A DNA stretch of 64,000 nt, taken from the IMG/VR virus record IMGVR_UViG_3300038608_000011, positions 1 to 64,000 of that record; one strand, written 5' to 3'. This document shows positions 57,255-64,000 of the stretch, piece by piece (positions within the stretch are counted from its first letter, which is position 1; each line of letters opens with the position of its first letter). The notes under the pieces were generated by a model. The model did not search any database. It worked only from the letters and a program-made list of their open reading frames with translations, and was not told the DNA's origin. Source of the DNA: a virus (taxonomy: Duplodnaviria > Caudoviricetes). Made by a program: the position numbers and the translations under genes.

Positions 57255-58083
57255 AGGTACTCATCTCCGTAGTAGCGAATAGTTCTGTAGATGCTGTTAA
57301 TCCGAAAGAAGATGCCCTTGGACCAATTTCCTCAAACGTCACCGTTAATCTCATAACAGTAGTTACTGCTGAAGTGTTCTTTACTAGAATGGCCGGTTTT
57401 TTATTAAAGCCTGCAACTACATATGGCTCTAAAACACCAACACCTGCCGATATTAACTTACCAACAGGAACAGCATCTGAAAATAATTGACCCTGTGTTG
57501 GGGAAGAATCTACTGACAGTAGATTCATATTGGCAGAAGTAAAGATGCCATCAGCTACACCTGTAGCAAGTGCATCATAAACTTCTATAGGAAATCCTGC
57601 ATTTGTCACAACCTTGTGTACTATAATGTCTGAGGCTGGGCTTAGATTTAGGGCTAGGTAATCTCCAGCATCAACAGAGAACGTTCCGCTTATCGTATAA
57701 GCAAAGCCATTGAACACTGCTGCGCCGATAGATGGCTCAGAGCTTACCTTATACCTACGTTGGTCCTCTACGTTGTTTGTATAAACATCGTGAGGAAAAT
57801 CAACACTAGTAAATGGGGTGATTGTCTCTGTTGTAGATTGAACAACAATAGGACCAGTACCACCCCTAATCCAAATAGGGACATCACTACCTGTAATTAG
57901 AATAGTCTTGCCAGCGATTAAAGGAAATTGATCAGATTCAGCAAGAGGGGGTAAAGAAGCTTGTATTAAGAAGGCAGGGGAAGAACTATTACTTGTTACT
58001 AACAGGCTGGTTCCCTGTGGATAGCCAGAAAGAACATAGAGGTTACTGTAAGTAAAAGGACTAGGTATACTAATTACTTGCAC
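57247..58083 (-). CDS. Putative virion protein (278 aa)
   Basis: GAGG RBS; beta-rich. Confidence 0.55.
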   Translation of the reverse strand: MQVISIPSPFTYSNLYVLSGYPQGTSLLVTSNSSSPAFLIQASLPPLAESDQFPLIAGKTILITGSDVPIWIRGGTGPIVVQSTTETITPFTSVDFPHDVYTNNVEDQRRYKVSSEPSIGAAVFNGFAYTISGTFSVDAGDYLALNLSPASDIIVHKVVTNAGFPIEVYDALATGVADGIFTSANMNLLSVDSSPTQGQLFSDAVPVGKLISAGVGVLEPYVVAGFNKKPAILVKNTSAVTTVMRLTVTFEEIGPRASSFGLTASTELFATTEMSTFG

Positions 58084-58317
58084 ATAGGCATCCTCTAGGA
58101 TTTCTTATTGTAATGTCTGATAAACTAGACATAGAGCTTTGGATGTAATGTTTGTTAAACATTAGCTATTTGAATAGAACACACGACATTTCAGCTCTGA
58201 TTGCTTGGTGTGGGATGTGTTCTTAAAGATGGTGCTCCGTAAAAACGAATTTGAGCATTGTTAAGAGGCTTGTTTTGTTCCGAAGGCTTTGTAGAGGATA
58301 TCACGTCTACTTCTGTA

Positions 58318-58394
58318 TGGTGCCGGAAGGTGAGATTTGCACTCACGGCTTATAACTTACAAGGTTATCCACTTAACTACTAGCGTACTCCGGC
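58318..58394 (-). tRNA. tRNA-Thr(UGU), slightly atypical, encoded CCA
   Basis: Acceptor GCCGGAG/CTTCCGGC, D-stem CGCT/AGTG, anticodon arm ATAAC-CTTGTAA-GTTAT, T-arm GTGAG-TGCAAAT-CTCAC. Confidence 0.75.
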
Positions 58395-58778
58395 AAAATA
58401 AATAGTTGAAATTGCAGCCACACTTCCTGCCCAATTTACTCTCAGAGACTAAGATTATCTCTGCCTCACCACATTTTGGTTACGATAACGAGGAACCACT
58501 ACGGCTAGTTTCTAACCTAGCTTAAGATTTATCAGAATTAACTCTTACGTGCACACTGGCTACAGCCTTGTTAGAGGAGAGTGCATCACCTATTGCTAGG
58601 TTTCTGGTCAGATGCTCTATTTGTTTTTCCGATCTTCTTTAGCTCGTTTCTTCTTAGTAGCTCCAGTACGAGGACGTGGATGTTGTCCTGTAGCTTTGCT
58701 AACATCGAATGGAGTGAACTCTTTTGTTGCGTCGTAGTATTTCATATCTTCTCCTAATGTTTTGTACTTGCATTAGAG

Positions 58779-58806
58779 ATTATAACACCGAAAGTCTAGA
58801 ATGCAA
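58779..58806 (-). promoter_or_regulatory. Sigma70-like promoter upstream of small ORF, structured RNA and tRNA
   Basis: TTGCAT-16 nt-TATAAT with TG extension. Confidence 0.6.
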
Positions 58807-58830
58807 GCCCTAATTTGAAATTTATTTCAA

Positions 58831-59184
58831 TTATTTCTTAGAAGAATTATCTACAGTGAGACGAAGAACAGCACCAGTTGATTGTTCTGGTTCGTCTTCG
58901 TCTGCACGAGTCTGACTTTCTTTCTCTACTTTTAGTGTTTCGTTAACAAGCTCGGCTGTTTTGTCTGGGAAATACTTAGCAGCTTGTAGTCGAGTGTTAG
59001 CAGCAGCTTCTTTATCACGCATAATTTCAGCAATCACATCAATTGCTTCAACTACATGTGGTTCAATATAGCGCAATAGTGCTGATTTTAGCTTCTGCTG
59101 ACGAGCAGATGCTTTACTTACTGAGCCTTTTGGTCTTCCGCCTTTGGGATGCCCCGAGGCACTTAAATCTTTTTTAGTAGTCAT
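58831..59184 (-). CDS. Terminase small subunit (probable)
   Basis: KGGRPKGS N-terminus, AANTRLQAAKY helix motif. Confidence 0.6.
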   Translation of the reverse strand: MTTKKDLSASGHPKGGRPKGSVSKASARQQKLKSALLRYIEPHVVEAIDVIAEIMRDKEAAANTRLQAAKYFPDKTAELVNETLKVEKESQTRADEDEPEQSTGAVLRLTVDNSSKK

Positions 59185-59235
59185 TTATTGTTTCCAAAAT
59201 TCTGACGCCAATCTGTGGCGGTGATCTATAATAGT

Positions 59236-59264
59236 ATTATACCAAAAATGTTACAATATAGCAA
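59236..59264 (-). promoter_or_regulatory. Sigma70-like promoter upstream of terS
   Basis: TTGCTA-17 nt-TATAAT. Confidence 0.55.
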
Positions 59265-59268
59265 ATAC

Positions 59269-59463
59269 TTATTCAGAATATTTTTCTGGGACGTAAAAAG
59301 GATCAGAATATTGTTCCATCTGATATGACCTAGAATCACAAGCCTCTGGATTCATACCAACATTTCTACAAGTTTTACACAAATCCTCCTCAATACCTGG
59401 GGCTTGTTCAAACTTAATATCCATCATTGTCATTGGGGTATTGCATGCATAACATCTACTCAT
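59269..59463 (-). CDS. Small Zn-finger-like protein
   Basis: CYAC...CKTC. Confidence 0.6.
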   Translation of the reverse strand: MSRCYACNTPMTMMDIKFEQAPGIEEDLCKTCRNVGMNPEACDSRSYQMEQYSDPFYVPEKYSE

Positions 59464-59472
59464 ATTTGTTCC

Positions 59473-59700
59473 TTATTTTAATTTTCTCAGTACATCTTCA
59501 CGGTAGCTTATATAATCCAAAACCCCTCCAACCCTTTCGCTGTATTTAAGAGGGACTCCTAGCTGGCATGCACCTTTTACAAACCACACATAATTACTTG
59601 TAAAATCATTGTAGTCGGGTACATAACCTTCCATGAATATTTGCTCGGCTTCCTTGAATCCGTACCACCATGTGTTTGTGCTGTCAGAGATGCATTTCAT
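59473..59700 (-). CDS. Hypothetical protein (75 aa)
   Basis: Packed - strand operon. Confidence 0.6.
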   Translation of the reverse strand: MKCISDSTNTWWYGFKEAEQIFMEGYVPDYNDFTSNYVWFVKGACQLGVPLKYSERVGGVLDYISYREDVLRKLK

Positions 59701-59911
59701 TATAAACTTCCTTAATAATTGTGGGGTTTACTTTACCCCTTGTCAACCACATCATTCCTCGTAGGAATTCCTCCTCTGTAATGTCAGGGGGAAGGACCAT
59801 CAGGCACTTCTTAATAGCGTATATGGTCTCACCTGCGTAGCCATCATCCCACATGCATAATGACTGCTCATAGACGACCTTGTACCCGCAAATATAGCCT
59901 TCGTGGAACAT
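59684..59911 (-). CDS. Hypothetical protein (75 aa)
   Basis: GAGGT RBS. Confidence 0.6.
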   Translation of the reverse strand: MFHEGYICGYKVVYEQSLCMWDDGYAGETIYAIKKCLMVLPPDITEEEFLRGMMWLTRGKVNPTIIKEVYNEMHL

Positions 59912-59912
59912 C

Positions 59913-60125
59913 CTACCTTACCTCTAGCTCATTAGTTAGTCTTTCTATGGTTGAATATAGGGCATCAATTTCTGTTTTGTCAATCAAGGCCAGTTCTTTC
60001 TCTAACTCTTGAATCCGCTTACGGGAGTGGGAAAGCTGCTGTTCTTGACTGTATATTAAAGTACGGGCTGCTCTCCATTGTTTCTCAGCGCATTGTCTGT
60101 CTTCGTGTAAGTCAGGAAGTTTCAT
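59913..60125 (-). CDS. Hypothetical coiled-coil protein (70 aa)
   Basis: ATGA coupling. Confidence 0.6.
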   Translation of the reverse strand: MKLPDLHEDRQCAEKQWRAARTLIYSQEQQLSHSRKRIQELEKELALIDKTEIDALYSTIERLTNELEVR

Positions 60126-60386
60126 TTAACTTCCCACTCATCTACCCAATAATACGTGTGCAAGGGGTCAAAGCAATTCTTTGTCATGTTACCTTTATAC
60201 AATTCTGCCAAGTACTTGTTTTGGAATATCTCATGAATACAGACATCCCCATAATACTCTTTCATCACAACAAATACTGTTTTCATTTCTTATCCACCTT
60301 ACAGAATGTTGTATCGCCCAACACCGTCTTCCAAGCATTAATCATTGCTTCATACAAATCCTGTTCAGCTGACTCTTTAAGGCGCT

Positions 60387-61058
60387 TCATCTTCCGCAAG
60401 ACCCCACAACACTACAGTTTGGGAAGTTAGGACATCCAGCATGCAGATAGGAGAACGCATCAGAGTATCTTTTATCTAAGACCAAGGCTTTATTACTCCC
60501 TATTGATGCTAAATGTATTGTCAGTCCACACTTATGCAGCCAATGGGCTAAATTCTCATATGAATACTCATCTATATCCGGGGAAACTTTAGCAAGCTGT
60601 TTGTAGAAGTCCACATGACTTGCCTCTTGATCTATCACAATACCTTTTATTTTTGAAATTATTGGTTGGGAAGCTGCACTTGGATAAAGTTGCTTATTGT
60701 AAATGCCATTATCTTTCTCCTCCCATATCATATCTGTTTCGATTGCTTGTGCATCTGCACGGGTCAGTTTCTCAGCTACCTTCGTCACGACTAACTCTTT
60801 ACCGTCATGAAAATCTTTGTTCAATTGTGAGCAAGAACTTTTACCACTTACACAATGACTGAATCTGCTACCTTTACCCATCCCAATATATCTTAGTACA
60901 CCATCAACGTGACAAACATATACATAGTATATATTCTGGTGTTCTGGAGAAACAGGTGTTTGCATTTTAATCCTTTCTTCTTCGGTTGTCCTGCGGTCAG
61001 GACGTTTTATTTTTCGTTTAGTTGGGTCCATAAAATCTTTACTAATTTTCATATTCAT
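60387..61058 (-). CDS. GIY-YIG-like nuclease
   Basis: YYVY...LRYIGMG...RF..H...EAQAIE; probable start near 61058/61052. Confidence 0.65.
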   Translation of the reverse strand: MNMKISKDFMDPTKRKIKRPDRRTTEEERIKMQTPVSPEHQNIYYVYVCHVDGVLRYIGMGKGSRFSHCVSGKSSCSQLNKDFHDGKELVVTKVAEKLTRADAQAIETDMIWEEKDNGIYNKQLYPSAASQPIISKIKGIVIDQEASHVDFYKQLAKVSPDIDEYSYENLAHWLHKCGLTIHLASIGSNKALVLDKRYSDAFSYLHAGCPNFPNCSVVGSCGR

Positions 61059-61059
61059 C

Positions 61060-61542
61060 CTAAAAAGGTAGCTGAGAATCATCCCAGTCATCAACTGGCT
61101 GGTAAGTGTGTGCCTTTGGCACTTGTACAGGCTTAACTACTACTTTCTCCACGTATTTAGGCTTTTCTTCCTCAATCAATTTGAAGTCTGTAACACTACC
61201 TTCCCACAGCACCAAATCAGAATGTACTTTATAATAAAACCATCTCCACTGTCCAGTGTCAGGTTTTAGCTTCTTACCTTCCAAAACACCATGATCTAGA
61301 AACGATCTTAGGATTGTCCCAGCTGCTTTATACTCTACACCACAACATTGAGCTATTGTCGCTTGAGCTTCATAATGTTGACCTTTTAAGGTTTCAGTAA
61401 AAAACTCATTCTTACTGAGCATGTAGGCATAAATAATCTTACCGCTTGCAGTAAGCTTTATAGCTTCGCCTGTTGTCCTGCTGATATACCCATCTGCCAT
61501 TGCTAGGCTTTTGGGTAATTTATAGAATTCGTCTATGTTCAC
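61060..61542 (-). CDS. Winged-HTH DNA-binding protein (replication-initiator-like) with SSB-type acidic tail
   Basis: LTASGKIIYAYML...AQATIAQCCGV...ILRSFLDHGVL; ends DDWDDSQLPF. Confidence 0.55.
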   Translation of the reverse strand: MNIDEFYKLPKSLAMADGYISRTTGEAIKLTASGKIIYAYMLSKNEFFTETLKGQHYEAQATIAQCCGVEYKAAGTILRSFLDHGVLEGKKLKPDTGQWRWFYYKVHSDLVLWEGSVTDFKLIEEEKPKYVEKVVVKPVQVPKAHTYQPVDDWDDSQLPF

Positions 61543-61600
61543 ATTTTGTACCTTAGTTATTTAAGTGTTTTTGAATCTAGAGTTTTTATGTATCTGTTTG

Positions 61601-61726
61601 TTATTTATTCATATCTTGAATCTCCTTTAACTTGAACATGCACTTCAGGATAAAAGATTGTCGGCTCATCTCACCACGATTCTCATCAATCCAAGAAAGC
61701 AGTGGTCGAGGGATAATCAAACTCAT
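61601..61726 (-). CDS. CopG/ribbon-helix-helix-like small protein (41 aa), not in ORF track
   Basis: AGGAG RBS; MSLIIPRPLLSWIDENRGEMSRQSFI fits the strand-helix-helix RHH pattern. Confidence 0.6.
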   Translation of the reverse strand: MSLIIPRPLLSWIDENRGEMSRQSFILKCMFKLKEIQDMNK

Positions 61727-61736
61727 TTTGTCACTC

Positions 61737-62038
61737 CTACTTAATTTATCTCATAGGTATAGGTCAATTTGTCCCATACACGGTTCTTTCTTCTTCACTT
61801 CGTTCTTGCACCAACAAATGATAAAAGAACAAAAGCCTTTGCACTCAGTAAAATCAAAATCTTGCTGGATACCGCAAATCTACGCCCTAAAGGGCTGTTT
61901 GTCTAGTGTGGGTCATTTTATCCTATAAAGCTTTTAAAATCTATATTTTCTTTCTATTTTAATCATTCTATATAATGAGACATTTTATCCTATACATATG
62001 ACCTCAAATGTCCTATACATATGGGATAAATTAAGTAG
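61737..62038. repeat. 27-bp inverted repeat (61737-61763 / 62012-62038) with internal direct repeats
   Basis: CCTATAC(C/A)TATG(A/G)GATAAATTAAGTAG, 25/27 identical; CATTTTATCCTATA at 61914 and 61981; TCCTATACATATG at 61988 and 62011. Confidence 0.85.
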
Positions 62039-62149
62039 CTCTTATCTCCGCCTTTATTTCTCTTAATTCATTCACTAAGTCTAACCCCTAAAATCCATCC
62101 TGTCAACCACTTTATGCCAAACAAATCTAAATAAATTTTCAACATCTAG

Positions 62150-62178
62150 TTGACATCCTACCAAACACATGCGACAAT
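62150..62178 (+). promoter_or_regulatory. Sigma70-like promoter
   Basis: TTGACA-17 nt-GACAAT with TG extension. Confidence 0.55.
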
Positions 62179-62244
62179 CTGTTCACTGTCCCTTTAACCT
62201 AAACGTGGGGTGAAATTTAATTGAACGGGGAGGGGTTGAGAGAA

Positions 62245-62871
62245 ATGAAATTGTTATATGGGTTTGGTATTAACGATGCTAATTATGTTGTGCAAGTAAA
62301 AGAAACAATAGGTTATGTTGAGGGTGAACGCAGGCAGCGGTCAATATGGAGATGTCACTTCTACCAGAAGTGGGTGAGTATGCTAGAGCGTTGTTATAGC
62401 AAGAAGTACCAAGAAAGATCCCCCACTTATATAGGTTGCACTGTATGCGAAGACTGGTTAACTTTTTCTAATTTTAAAGTTTGGATGGAAAAACAAGATT
62501 GGGAAGACAAACAATTGGACAAGGACATACTGTTTCCTGGGAATAAGGAATATGGCCCAGAGACTTGTGTGTTTGTTAGTCAACAAGTCAACTCGTTTGT
62601 CATAGACAGAGCACCGGGTAGAGGTAATTGGCCAACTGGGGTGAGTTGGAACAAGGCAATGCAGAAATTCAAGGCCTCGTGTTGTAATCCCTTCACTAGA
62701 AAGCAAGAACATCTTGGCTACTTTGCACGTCCTGATGAAGCACATCAAGTCTGGTTGACACGTAAACGCGAGCTTGTTAAAATGCTGGCTGAAGAGCAGA
62801 GTGACTCAAGGGTATCAAAAGCTTTGCTTGAGCGTTATGTAAATCCTCTTGACAACACCGTTTTTCCATAG
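62245..62871 (+). CDS. Putative homing endonuclease (LDKDIL family)
   Basis: LYGFGINDANY, MLERCY, FSNFKVWME, LDKDIL, HLGYF. Confidence 0.75.
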   Translation: MKLLYGFGINDANYVVQVKETIGYVEGERRQRSIWRCHFYQKWVSMLERCYSKKYQERSPTYIGCTVCEDWLTFSNFKVWMEKQDWEDKQLDKDILFPGNKEYGPETCVFVSQQVNSFVIDRAPGRGNWPTGVSWNKAMQKFKASCCNPFTRKQEHLGYFARPDEAHQVWLTRKRELVKMLAEEQSDSRVSKALLERYVNPLDNTVFP

Positions 62872-62877
62872 TATACT
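62849..62877 (+). promoter_or_regulatory. Consensus sigma70 promoter
   Basis: TTGACA-17 nt-TATACT, embedded in the end of the endonuclease ORF. Confidence 0.7.
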
Positions 62878-62911
62878 GTTTGTACATGACTTAACAAAAG
62901 GAGAGAAGAGG

Positions 62912-63265
62912 ATGAAAGAGATAACAAACGCATCTGAGCACTACAGCCAGCACATGGCTTGGGTATTTGATGATGGAATCCCTGCGTGGGAGCGTTATAA
63001 TGTGCAACGAGTAGTTAGTATGGCAGCTTGTATTGTTGATGGTCATCTGATTGTAGGTAATCGGCACTTCTGCCCTATTATGCAAATGACTATTGAAAAT
63101 CTCGGGATAGACCCTGAAGGTGAAATGAAGAATGGCCATCAAGGCTTTGTAGATCAATACGGTGTGTTCATGACTCGCAAGGAAGCTTGGGTTGTTGCTA
63201 AGGCAGCAGGACAGATCAAGCAAGTCTTTCAAGAAGGTGTTCTTTACTCCGAGTGCTATCTGTGA
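62912..63265 (+). CDS. Hypothetical phage protein
   Basis: ATG 62912 behind AGGAGAG; GF.DQYG.F.TR.EAW motif. Confidence 0.7.
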   Translation: MKEITNASEHYSQHMAWVFDDGIPAWERYNVQRVVSMAACIVDGHLIVGNRHFCPIMQMTIENLGIDPEGEMKNGHQGFVDQYGVFMTRKEAWVVAKAAGQIKQVFQEGVLYSECYL

Positions 63266-63419
63266 AAGAACCCATTTACCCTCTAAATAGCTGGGTAGGG
63301 TACTTAAACCACATAAAGCAATCCCTATCACGCCCTATAGAAGAACATGAAATTAAATTAGCTTTACAGAGATACATCCACTCTGTTAAAGTAGAAGAAA
63401 CGATAAAGGAGCTTAGAAA

Positions 63420-63704
63420 ATGAATAAACATTTTACATTTAAAGATGTCAGTTGGTGGGATAATCCTCCGTGTGATTGTTGTGAAAGCTGTCTGTATGAT
63501 AGCTATAATTGCATATCACACGAAGAGATTTATCGGAGTCTTAGTTCTTGGACTGACATTTATCAAACTATTCTATTTGTAGTAACAGGAGTTGATCTTG
63601 ATGATCGCCATACACAAGAAGCTAGTCCATACTACAACATGAATTTTGATCAACTTGAAGCAGAATGCACTAAGCTAGGAATCACTGTGGAGATAATTGA
63701 ATGA
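63420..63704 (+). CDS. Hypothetical protein (94 aa)
   Basis: AAGGAG RBS; CDCCESC. Confidence 0.65.
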   Translation: MNKHFTFKDVSWWDNPPCDCCESCLYDSYNCISHEEIYRSLSSWTDIYQTILFVVTGVDLDDRHTQEASPYYNMNFDQLEAECTKLGITVEIIE

Positions 63705-63919
63705 AAATCATCCTATACAAAAACCTGTCTTGGATGTTCTACTACATCGGAGACTTCCTTGGAAATATGCTAGACAAAGAATATTTCTCTTGGCTGTATC
63801 GCCCTTACAATTTATGTATGACACTCTCTGTTGATTTCCAAGATAAAGCTGTTAAACTAGGAACACCGTCAGAGCTGATGCCCTGGCTTGATGAAATGAA
63901 CGAGGAGTTTAAGGAGTGA
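63701..63919 (+). CDS. Hypothetical protein (72 aa)
   Basis: ATGA coupling. Confidence 0.6.
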   Translation: MKIILYKNLSWMFYYIGDFLGNMLDKEYFSWLYRPYNLCMTLSVDFQDKAVKLGTPSELMPWLDEMNEEFKE

Positions 63920-64000
63920 TAAAATACAAGAAGGGGGATTTGATTAAAGCTGCCCTATCAGGTGAAGTTGATGTTATCATGCATCAGTGTAACTGCTTCA
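63916..64000 (+). CDS. Macro-domain protein, N-terminal fragment (runs off the window)
   Basis: GTG start; IKYKKGDLI...DVIMHQCNCF matches a macrodomain N-terminus. Confidence 0.6.
   Translation, partial: MIKYKKGDLIKAALSGEVDVIMHQCNCF

Noticed and set aside
4315-62748. Numerous antisense/overlapping ORFs in the track (e.g. 4315-4827, 13219-13881, 39263-39619, 46757-47299, 54524-55042)
   Set aside because: They are shadows of well-supported genes on the opposite strand, with no RBS or recognisable motifs.
1-64000. CRISPR array, integrase, IS transposase or rRNA
   Set aside because: No regularly spaced repeat-spacer array, recombinase or transposase motifs, or rRNA-like sequence seen.

Overview
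Part of a lytic, contractile-tailed (myovirus-type) dsDNA phage genome, AT-rich with sigma70-like promoters. The host is probably a gammaproteobacterium, possibly Pseudomonas (inferred from gene content only). + strand, ~1.8-27.8 kb: small ORFs plus replication and nucleotide-metabolism genes (primase-helicase, B-family DNA polymerase, SSB, exonucleases, MazG, NT5C, ThyX, class Ia RNR, Rnl2 RNA ligase), ending at a bidirectional terminator. - strand, ~27.9-61.7 kb: lysis, tail fibres, baseplate, tape measure, tube/sheath, head, portal, terminase, one tRNA-Thr and small ORFs. Main points the ORF track misses: (1) three ORF-less group I introns, one in the tail sheath gene and two in catalytic motifs of terL, with a free-standing endonuclease coupled directly upstream of terL; (2) a ThyX carrying an in-frame His-Me/HNH-type nuclease domain homologous to a free-standing endonuclease 4 kb away; (3) a compact 441-aa PolA/T7-RNAP-superfamily protein in addition to the replicative PolB; (4) a tiny RHH gene plus an HTH gene beside a 27-bp inverted repeat and iteron-like repeats; (5) two GNRA-tetraloop-rich candidate structured RNAs; (6) about nine endonuclease-like ORFs. 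All calls come from motif reading by eye; no searches or folding programs were run.
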